Shown piece by piece: positions 54,029 through 63,672 of a stretch of 64,000 nucleotides of DNA. The translations under genes were made by a program, and so were the position numbers. Within the stretch, counting starts at the first letter, position 1, and each line of letters starts with the position of its first letter. Source of the stretch: a virus. A model generated the notes under the pieces. That model ran no database searches. It was not told where the DNA came from and saw only the letters and a program-made list of their open reading frames with translations. The stretch is taken from positions 1 to 64,000 of IMG/VR virus record IMGVR_UViG_3300045125_000158; one strand, 5' to 3'.

Positions 54029-55190
54029 TTAATATATACAATCCAAGGCAATTTCTTGCGATTTACCTCTTACATCATTTACAACATCTACAATGTGAAT
54101 TGCAAATTTTTGATTCGTATATTTATTCGCTATGGCAATGGCCGCGTGACTTGCTTGCGATAAAGCTTCTCGATTATCTAATAAATTTTTCAATACTCGA
54201 TGCAAATTATCTGGAGAAACTATTGCAAATTCCTCCTCATTTTGTCCTACAAATATATTATACGGCACAAAAAATTGTAATCCTTCTGGCATTTCAGAAA
54301 TTATTTCACCAACTCGTCCATACTTAGGACCCACAGGAACACAACCGCATTTCATTGCCTCTAACATACTCAATGCAGTAGCTGATTTTATTGAACAGTC
54401 AGCAAATATACTATATGAATTATAAATATCCCTTAATTGGTCAATCTGAATACCATCGTTTATTGAACAATAATCAGTTGTAAAAGTAAAGTTTCTCGCA
54501 TCATATCTAGAAATTAGATTCTCAATGTTATAATCACCAGGATCGTACAAATTTGTGTGCAGATATTTATTACAATCCAAGGATGCAGTGGCCATGACAA
54601 AAGCTGCTATATTGCTGCTTTGTGAATTTCGCTGCGGAAAATAAAACTCCAGACCGATCCTTATCCTCACAATAAAATTCATCAGATGACCCGTACGGAA
54701 AAAACTCACCATTTATATTTGCGAAGCTACTTATTTGCTCAAACCCAAATTTTGTAGTAGTTACAACATGATCAGCATATTCGAAGGCATCCTTATTTAT
54801 TTTTGAAATACCTACACAGTCTGTTGTATAAATAGCAATCCATTTGAAAAGATTAGGATACATGGATTTTATTGCTGAAACAAAATTAGTATCTTTATGA
54901 TCCCCAATAGTAATAACTATTTCTGGATGTACCGTTTTCATTAGTTCATAAACAACAGGCGATGCCTCATCTGTTTTAGGAGTAAATGGATAGAGTCTAC
55001 AAATAGATTTACCATTTTCTTCATATTCATGTATTCCTTCTGTACAAGGCATAAAATAAGATTCATCATGATGCCACACAGCTGAACTTACTTGATGTCC
55101 AGAATTAACCAAAGATTTTATTATATCAGCATTTATCTTACCATTTCGCACCAAAAGATATGGCGATGCACTTATAGTCAAAATATTCAT
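54029..55190 (-). CDS. GT-B fold glycosyltransferase-like protein (~385 aa); frameshifted
   Basis: N-terminal MNILTISASP and PEIVITIGD. C-terminal YLHTN..D..LRDIYNSYSIFADCSIKSATALSMLEAMKCGCVPV. Confidence 0.8.
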
Positions 55191-55214
55191 TTTTGCTCCA
55201 GCTTAGTATAATAT

Positions 55215-55229
55215 CTATAAATTATCGTC
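55215..55229 (-). promoter_or_regulatory. GACGATAW motif copy
   Basis: GACGATAATTTATAG in the short gap upstream of the glycosyltransferase ATG at 55190. Confidence 0.45.
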
Positions 55230-56135
55230 AAGACAATTGTGGATCTGACCAGCCGTGCCGTGTCTGTATTTCTTGCTCTTCGGCAGACCAACTTATAGTA
55301 GCTGCATGCAATAAAGATTCCTGAACCTTAAATCCATAATCTATGTTTGCTGGCCATGAATTATATATAAATTTCTCGAAACGTATAATTTTGAGTGCTA
55401 TCTGCAATAAAATAATTATGATAAACGTTTGGCCAAATCTGTATTGTCGTGGCATCTACAGCACATTTCACACGCAATTCTTCTGCTTGATAAATATTTT
55501 CAATTAATATTTTATCTTCTGGCTGGAAAATAGAACTATCAGCTACCTTAATGAAATCATCTCCACCTTGTACATTTGCAATCAGATTTGTTGTTGCATA
55601 TGGCCCAATCAAAGGAAAAATGTTTTTCTTTAATCCAAGCTGTATGATATCAGTTAATTGCAGGACCGTGCGATAAGAACTCTCGTCGTTATCAGTTTCT
55701 GCATATATTGCAATTGTTAATTCATACCGCTCTTTTGTTGTACCAAGAGTGAACCATTCTGATGCTCGTGATTTACCTAAAATTGTTATTGCAGGATAGC
55801 GAGGAATCACTGCAGGTTCACCAATATAGATGGCTTGCACAAATTGACCATTATATGTTTTAGTCAACATAGCGTTATTTGCTACGCTCCAGCCAGTAAT
55901 TACTTTTATAGGTGATTCAAGCTCTATTGTATTGTCATCAATTATTTCCGCAATTCTCAAGCCAGGTTCGCCATCTATGCCATTATGTATTGCTACTTCA
56001 TCGCCTTTTTCTAAATCTTCGCGAATTAGTAACTTTAAGGGTGGTTCCGCCATAATTAACATTCGCAGTCAAACTAACATTAGTATTGACCCAACGATAA
56101 ACAACTCTTCTGACGCTTTCGAGTATTTCTATCAT
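55228..56135 (-). CDS. Tail terminator/completion-like protein (~300 aa) with two inserted beta-domains; frameshifted
   Basis: ATGA overlap at 56132-56135. IYIGEPAVIPRYPAITI...YELTIAIY..DESSYRTVLQLTDIIQLGL...LLHAATISW resembles the gpU-type fold. Located between adaptor and tube. Confidence 0.6.
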
Positions 56136-56430
56136 TTGAATGCCTTATTTATCTTATCATCAATATACTTATCAGCAATATTACTAATTTTTTCTTTATT
56201 TCTTCATCAGTTTTATCAGAAAGTTTTGGGGCCTGCACTTTGCCGCTTTTCATGTAATCTTCATAATCTTTAATAGCCATAGCTTCTGGTATATCTTTTC
56301 CTATTCTTGCGTCAAGTTTTAAACCAGCATCTTTAAGTTCATTTGATCTTTGCATGCCTTCTAATCCGGCAATAAGCGTTTCTAAACTCTGCTTAAAATC
56401 AGCGAATGTATTACATATTTTTTGACTCAT
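56132..56430 (-). CDS. Small hypothetical neck-region protein (~99 aa)
   Basis: ATGA overlaps on both sides. One added A gives ...KISNIADKYIDDKINKAFK then TGA. Confidence 0.55.
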
Positions 56431-57156
56431 TGATCGCCACCCTTCATTTCTCTATCACCCGAACCTTCAAGACCAGGCAACCCATATCTATCACGCAACG
56501 TTGGGTTGAAGAAACGATGCCCGATTCGCTTTTGTCCATGCAGAATAATCATGCCACTCAAAATACTATTTATATCCGACAGAGCCCATTTTCTAAGAGT
56601 AGCTCCATACGTCGATTTGTCAGGATTCACTTGCGCTTGCAAAATATTTATCATACAAAGTTGCTGCTGCAAATCTTGCGCAACACAAAGTAATAGTGGG
56701 TGGATATTTTACGCGAATTACTCTTGAGGTTTCAGCATAATATATTCCCAACAGTGTGCTATTTAGAGTTACCAATCCGTCCAGAAATGCGCTTTAACAG
56801 TATGTCTTTCTTCTGTCAATGAATCGATAAAAATAAGCGTATCACCCGGATTGAGTGAATTAGCTTTATCAAGAAATACAAAACCGTTGTAAGCATCAAT
56901 ATCTTGCAATAGAGTAAGTTCAAGATCCGATTTTTCCATCAACGGAGTTACATACATTTCGCTTAATGATGCATCAATCTGATCTGAAGCCCAACTCAGA
57001 TACTGATATACAGTTTCTTCGGGTATATTATTTTGACTTTTTGCTTTTTCCAAATTGCCACAAAGGCACTGGTTGACCATTCACAACCGATGCCGTGGCT
57101 GATGTTAACGCTTGTCCAATTATATCGTAAACATGTTGAAGTGTTGCATATGCCAT
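56427..57156 (-). CDS. Head-tail adaptor, Mu gp36/DUF1320-like (~243 aa); frameshifted
   Basis: MAYATLQHV...WASDQIDASLSEMYVTPL...PPTITLCCARFAAATLY...ALSDINSILSG matches the gp36-type pattern. Confidence 0.65.
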
Positions 57157-57167
57157 TTATTTTCCCA

Positions 57168-58244
57168 TTAGTTCAAGATTCTATCTAATGGATCTTGAGT
57201 TTGGGAAGCATTCTGCATCTCTTTCTTCTGCGTAATTATTGCTTGCGTCAACAAACCTTCAACGACAGCATTCCTTGGACTCTTTGCGTGCCGTATTTCT
57301 TTTATCTGAAACGGCAACTGCAGACCCCTTACTATTTTCTCTAACTTTTTACAAAATCCTTTAGGCATACTGGTGCCACCAGCAACTACAATATCAAGAG
57401 GCTGCGTAAACTGACTCTTTACCTCTTGAAATTTCTTGCCAAACAACTTGAAAACATGTTCAATCATCGCGTCATAATATGCGTCTAAGGCAAAAAGTAT
57501 ATCATCATTCTCATCAAGATTAGTAAAATCTAATTTCTTTTCCTTAGCTGCTAATAATTTGACTTATCGCTGTGCCAGTTTGTTCTGCAACTTGCGTATC
57601 GATCCAATCGCCACTTCTTGCCACACTCATTCCAATCACCGGCAAGCCTTTATAAGCAAGCAAGCAATTTGCTCGACCAGCACCAAAAGAAACACCAATA
57701 CCCGAATATGGAACTACAGTACCATCTTCCTCAATAATTGTAGGTCTTTCACTAAGAATAACAGCATGTGCCTCTTCAATAATTTTTACTTTCCATCCTA
57801 ATCTCGTGAATAATGCAGTTAATCTGTTGCGATGGAATGTAGAATCTGCAGAATTATCAACAGACTCGCTGCTTACGCACGTACATACCCAGGAATTCTC
57901 ATCAGGAGCTTGTCCTATAGATGCACGTATCAACTCAGCAAGCACAACAAGTTTCTTATCTTCATTTTTGTTGAGAACGCCATCAGCCATAGGTCGGCGT
58001 ACTTCAACTTTACCTGGAAATATATTGGCAACCTTTATGCAATCGTCGCCAATAACATAATAGTTTTTACCATCCTTGATGTATTGCCAATTATTTGTAT
58101 TGAGACATCTTCAATATCATCGTTGGGTGGCAACTCAACAAAGGCGTTTCTAGTATTCTTTACTTTGATTTTATCATCTGCCATCTCTGCAACTTGAAAA
58201 AACATCGTCCCCACATCGACGGATACGGCTCTACTTTTGCCCAT
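57168..58244 (-). CDS. Actin-fold ATPase, volactin/MreB-like (~358 aa); frameshifted
   Basis: Phosphate-1 VDVGTM, connect-1 IEEAHAV, phosphate-2 GVSFGAG, ARSGDWID, adenosine VVAGGTSMPKGF, connect-2 PRNAVVEG. GAGGA SD. Confidence 0.88.
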
Positions 58245-58257
58245 AATTAATTTCCTC

Positions 58258-58835
58258 TTATAAAAGACCTTCTAATTCACTAATATTCTTACTAACGTCT
58301 TTATCGGTTGTTTGTTCTTCGTGCTTTACACTCGATTGCGTTTTGTTTACCAAACGATTCAATGTTCTTTTTTGTATGTCAATCAATTTGCTTGAATTAA
58401 TATCTGCTGCAGGCTGTTCTTGTTTAGCGCACTTGCAATAGGTTTGCCATTTGCAGAGCTAACTAAGCCTTGCAAGGCAGCTACGCTGATTCAAAGCGTT
58501 CATATCGACTTGCGGCTGTGTTTGAGCTACTTTTTCTTCTAATCTTTTTGTAATCTTTTCTTCTAATTGTTTTACCACATCAGCTACATTCACTTGTGGT
58601 TGTGCTGGGGGTTCTTCGTAAACTGGCTCTGCTATTTTAATAGCCGTAGTGCCATCATCTTTGCAAACACACTGCAATTTATCCGCCGACGAAAAAAGCT
58701 TTTAAATTACGTGATTGCTCAATATAAAAATCTTGATGTCACCATATCAAGATCAATCTTTTCTCCTGGAGTTAATGTTACACGAAGATCTGGTATAGTG
58801 ACATCATGCAGTGCAATATTTTTTATGATGTACAT
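58258..58835 (-). CDS. Hypothetical protein (~190 aa) with a Pro/Gln-rich linker and coiled coil; frameshifted
   Basis: GAGGAGG then ATG at 58835 (MYIIKNIALHDVTIPDLRV...). Ends ...NISELEGLL with TAA at 58258. Confidence 0.65.
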
Positions 58836-59032
58836 TATATCCTCCTCGGCTTTGGATACTTACCAGGCAATGGTTTAGAAAAATCCATTTCATTCATTTT
58901 TTTGCATTCTTGGCACAGCCAATAAACTTTATTGTCATTAAAGTTAAATTCGATTGTAGGATTTTTCTGATGATATCTACAGAATCCACAAACAGCCATA
59001 ATTTTTACAATATTATCATCATTTTCTGACAT
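58835..59032 (-). CDS. Small zinc-ribbon protein, 65 aa
   Basis: Intact ORF with two CxxC pairs (CGFC...CQEC). Confidence 0.75.
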   Translation of the reverse strand: MSENDDNIVKIMAVCGFCRYHQKNPTIEFNFNDNKVYWLCQECKKMNEMDFSKPLPGKYPKPRRI

Positions 59033-59040
59033 AATTACTA

Positions 59041-59053
59041 CTAGTATATCGTC
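59041..59053 (-). promoter_or_regulatory. GACGATAW motif copy
   Basis: GACGATATACTAG in the short gap, 8 nt upstream of the Zn-ribbon ATG. Confidence 0.45.
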
Positions 59054-59061
59054 TAATTCGT

Positions 59062-62000
59062 TCAGCTACGGCCAAGATGCTGTGCAGCAAGATCCAATAC
59101 TTTGCCAAAGAATACACCATCTTCGATGCCTGCGTCAAATCGATCGATACTTGGTGCTACGGGCTCTTGTGTCATTATTTTTTCTATAGCTTGCTTGACC
59201 GCAGTCATTACAACTACATCCTTTTTAGGCAAGTCTTTCTTAGATAAAATTCTTCGCTGATATGCTTCGTATAAGTCAGGAAAATATTTTTTACCAATTC
59301 CAAAAAGAGTTTTCTTCCGCATGAGTGCTAATTTACTTTCAATTTCTTGCATGCTCTTTGAAGAATTAGTTATCGCTGATATTTTTGCTGGATCAATTTC
59401 TATGGAATACAAGAAATCATCACTTGACGCAAAATTATGCTCTTCATAGCCCTTATCTAAAATATATGCTTGAATATGCTTAGCAAGCCATGAAACATAA
59501 GCATAATATTGCGTTTCAGTTTCAATATGATACTTTTTCAGCTCTTTTTGCAAAAATGCTGCATTTATCTTTTGCGTAATTTTGCTGAAACTTTAGTATA
59601 GTCATTTTTATTTTTATTTGCAAAAGCTCTTCTTTAGTACCCGTATCTTTTTCATCAGCCGCCGCAATATTTGCCAGCTCGCTAATATATGAGTCAGCAA
59701 ATGACGAATCTTTTGCACCAAGAGCCTTTTCTAATCCTTTAATATTACCATACAAGAAACGCAACATGTTTCTTATTGTGCTAAAGATAGTATTTATTTC
59801 TGTTGGTGACAGTGCTTCAATATCTTTAGGACTAATTGCCTGTTCGCCAGGCTCTTTTTGAATTTTGCGGCCCTCAACTGAAAACTCTGCTCCTCGTTGT
59901 AAAATCTCATACAAATAATCAAGTTTATCTTTGAATGCTCCGAGATTTACATCAGACATTAGAACACCAAATTGAACGTGATCAGGTCGCATTTTTATCA
60001 TTTCGAGAAATGCTAGAATCGTGTCGCCACCAAATTTTTCTAACAATTCATTTGATACGAGAGCGTCTTCAACTTTGTGCAACTCCAAGTTCAGACGATG
60101 TGTTTGACCTGTTAGAGCGTTAAAATTCGATGCTTGCAACTGAGTCATACCCTCAATTATATCAGGATGTTTTTCTTCCAAATATGCATAAAGTGCATAA
60201 TTCCTTTTGCCATCAAGCAAATATCCGTGTTTTGCTGTCATCTGTTTCAAATTAGGATCAGTTGCTTCTCTAGCCTCTAGAATGTTTCTTGCTCTATCTT
60301 GATATTCGCTAGGATTGATATACGCAGAAATTTTTTCACCAAATAGAGCTTTGTACATTTCTTCTTCTGATCCACCCATATCTCTAACTGCAACTTTAAC
60401 AAATTTTTCAATATCTTCTGAATTTAAACTCCAATCTGAAGTCTCCCAATGTCTGCTATCAAAAAAATCGCCCCACTCCCTATTGAGAACCTTGAGAACA
60501 AGCTCATTTGTCAAAGGTGCATATTCTCTTGTTTTAGCACGCAAAACTTCATTTACTGTACTCATGACAGCTTTGAGAAACCTACGGAACAACAAGGCCT
60601 TCTGCAAACATGTTATTTTAACATCTCTATCAACGCTATCAACAGCAGGCAATCTCTTATATTTTGCCAAAAGAGCACTATCTACTGCCGTCATATATTG
60701 CTTGATTCTTTCAAAATCTTTCTGCAAACAGTCAAAATATTCCATGTGCGGTATCATGCCTTTTTCTAATTTTTGGCAATTCACGGCATGAATTAAGTGC
60801 ATTTATATTTACTACTCTTTTCTACAAACTTTCTACTAGCAGCATCAGCAACCGGTTTTTGACCTCCCACATATTGCTGTTCAACATCACCCTCTTCGCC
60901 AGCATGTCCTACACCTGGCTGTGCTTGTTGTATGTCTTCTGCACGAAGTTTATTTGCAACCCAATTATAAAAATCTTCATGCAAAGGATGTTGCGTATTT
61001 TGCATGATATTTTTTATTTCTTCTACAAAATAATCTTTATAATAATTCTGCATGAAAACAAATAAGAATGGAACTTGTTTTTCTCCACTCATCGTAGACA
61101 AAAATGTATGCCAATTTTCCTATGCCTTTTTATAATCAGCATCTTGCTCAATTTCATCTTGTTCGACGCCTGATTCGAGTAATTCCTCAGCATAATTTTG
61201 TAGAAAAACGTTCTGCATGCGACTAAGATTTGTCTTGATTTTATCACTTCTGTTATTTAAGAAATATTTTAAGAACACTTCCTTGTTAGCTTCACTCGGA
61301 GAAAATACCTTATTTTTAGAAATGCAAATTCATCTATTGCAAGTTTTTGTCCTTCTTCACCAAAAATACTTGTGTATCTCTTTTTTCTTTTCGCTTTTTC
61401 TTCTTCATCTGGCGTAATATCCCAATTCAAGTATGAATTGAAAAATAGTTCTGCAAGATTTGTCCTATCCTCTTGACTAATAGCAGCAGGTTTGATAATT
61501 TTGTGTCTACCTATGCCTTCATTTTCTATTTTCTCAAGCAAATCCATGTTATGATCATTTTGCAAAAAATAAGGCATTTCTTTACAAGTATTGATTGCAA
61601 CTTCTATTAAATTTTTGCCACGTAAATCTCCAGTGACACTAGCAGCAACTGCTCTTATGTATGCACGTACCTCGGCTTCGGTCAAATTACGAATTTTACC
61701 AAATTGTTTTTCCTCTGGTTCTGCAGCTATTGGCTTTGCTTTGCTGGCATTCTTTCATGCATTTGTTTGCCCATAAGAAAGTCAAGACCATGCATTTTAT
61801 AGGCGGCAATAATTTTATTTAAAGCTGTTTCTGAAATTTCGCACTGCTGGATCGTGCTGAAATCGTAAATCATTTTTTTGTTCTTCATAAAAATGCTTTA
61901 TGATCTTATCAAGTTCATCTTTGCTTGGGTTTCTGTTATTGTCTTGGTAAAAATCTGCATATAGCCCTTGAAGTACCTGAAGGTATTTTGCATATCTATT

Positions 62001-62222
62001 TTCAACTGCGACTGTATCTATAGCCTTTGCTGCTGGAGCTGCCATTAGTTGAACAGGAGCCTGTACAGGCTTAATATCCTTTCTCTCTGTTCCTAATAAC
62101 TTACCTACAGGCTCGGCTTGCTCTTCGGGTGTAATAGCTGGCTTTTTATAAGGTTCAAAACCTTCGTACTGTAATTTGATAAGTTTATTTTTAACCCAAT
62201 TAAACAAATTTCTGTTTGTCAT
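59062..62222 (-). CDS. ~1050-aa hypothetical alpha-helical protein; frameshifted
   Basis: GGAG then ATG at 62222. Pieces 61815-62234, 61269-61685, 60793-61101, 59522-60802 and 59062-59553 lie end to end, with no internal start site noticed. No motif recognised. Confidence 0.55.
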
Positions 62223-62292
62223 AAACATCTCCAAATAGCATGCATATATATTATTTGATTTTATTAATCAAATACCTTTTTAATCATATTCT

Positions 62293-63075
62293 TCAGCCGC
62301 GAAAGTTTCCATCATCAGTTTTTAAATCTTTTGCATCTTTAATATCTATCTTTTTGGCAGATTTTACAGCATATACGTTGTCTTTATATCGCTGATCTAT
62401 ATCAGCAACAATCTTATCTCGTACGCAACTTGAATAATCGAGTTCAACAAACACAAGGTCCTGTATGTCCTGTAATCTATTCAAAGCGTCAGCAAGACCG
62501 TTAAGCTTTGTACCAATGTCAGATTGCTCTACATCGCCTGTGCAAACAATCTTGCTACCTTCACCAATTCTTGTAAGCAACATTCGCATTTGCTGAGGAC
62601 TCATATTCTGCACTTCATCCGCAATAACATAAGATTTACGGAATGTAATCCCACGCATGTAAGCTATTGGATAAACAATAATTTTCTTTTCATCCATTAA
62701 TTCTTTCATGTCGTCGTTGCTCAAATAATCACTAACAACTTCATAGAGAGGCATAGTAAATGGAGCGAATTTATCGCTACTACCACCTGGAAGAAAACCT
62801 AACTTTTCGCCAGCTTCAACATATGGCCGAGTAAATATTACCCTATCATATGTTCCTTTGATCAGCTCTTGAATTCCCCATCCAACGGCACAATGCGTTT
62901 TTCCGCTACCACTCGCCCCATACACAAATGTAACTTTATTTTCTGAAATTGCTTTAAGAGCTTTTTTCTGGCCAGCATTTTTAGCAGTAACTGCAATTAC
63001 CAATTTTGTAGCAGAATCTTTAGCAGGATATGAAAAATCATTGGCATCCTTCTTGTTCTTTGTTTTTCTGGCCAT
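62293..63075 (-). CDS. phoH: PhoH-family ATPase
   Basis: Intact. Walker A GASGSGKT, TRPYVEAGEKLGFLPG, AYMRGITF, IADEVQN, LTRIGEGSKIVCTGDVEQSD. Start moved to the ATG at 63075 after AGGAG. Confidence 0.96.
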   Translation of the reverse strand: MARKTKNKKDANDFSYPAKDSATKLVIAVTAKNAGQKKALKAISENKVTFVYGASGSGKTHCAVGWGIQELIKGTYDRVIFTRPYVEAGEKLGFLPGGSSDKFAPFTMPLYEVVSDYLSNDDMKELMDEKKIIVYPIAYMRGITFRKSYVIADEVQNMSPQQMRMLLTRIGEGSKIVCTGDVEQSDIGTKLNGLADALNRLQDIQDLVFVELDYSSCVRDKIVADIDQRYKDNVYAVKSAKKIDIKDAKDLKTDDGNFRG

Positions 63076-63249
63076 ACAAGCTCCTAGTGTATAAAATAAA
63101 AATCTTCCAAACTTCTCTACATTGAGTGCAAACAAAACATCTAGTTTGCATTTTGGAAGATTAAAAAATATAAAATTTTACTATTAAGACGATACAACAC
63201 AATTCACTCTACAAAAAATGTAAATTGTAACCTGCAATAAATTAAAAAA

Positions 63250-63651
63250 TCATGCATTCATATTACGGATTTTTTGAGACTTATTCAAGGCTTTCAACAT
63301 AAGTTGACCTTCATTTTGCACACGTATCTCGCCCATATCAAATAAATAGGTATTGTTTGCATCTAAAGTGCCGTCTATATACTTTAATATCGTAGGCGTG
63401 TATATTGCCATGCCTTGACCGTCTTGAAGCTCTAAAATGCATTTACGGGCCAACGGAGGCAATTTATCAATTATTGGATCGCCACCTTGCACCACAAGTT
63501 GTTTTAGCCTTGTTGAAGGAACAAAATAAAATTCAACTTCATTTTCGATGCCAAGCTGTCTAAACTTAGCCAACATTTCCGATGATGTATATTTTTTCCA
63601 TAAGATTCTATCGACTATACAACAAAAGAAGCCAGAAAAGTTTTCACTCAA
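63250..63651 (-). CDS. Hypothetical protein, ~133 aa
   Basis: Intact ORF in operon orientation; start uncertain. Confidence 0.6.
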   Translation of the reverse strand: MSENFSGFFCCIVDRILWKKYTSSEMLAKFRQLGIENEVEFYFVPSTRLKQLVVQGGDPIIDKLPPLARKCILELQDGQGMAIYTPTILKYIDGTLDANNTYLFDMGEIRVQNEGQLMLKALNKSQKIRNMNA

Positions 63652-63672
63652 CTGGCTTCTAAGAATTAAATA

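Noticed and set aside
34582-57156. Chromosomal contractile injection system or tailocin
   Set aside because: No sheath, gp25, baseplate-J or AAA+ ATPase gene was recognised. A head-tail adaptor, PhoH and Hsp20 favour a true phage.
63076-63135. N-terminal extension of PhoH given in the ORF track
   Set aside because: An AGGAG SD precedes the ATG at 63075, and the extension overlaps the leader hairpin.
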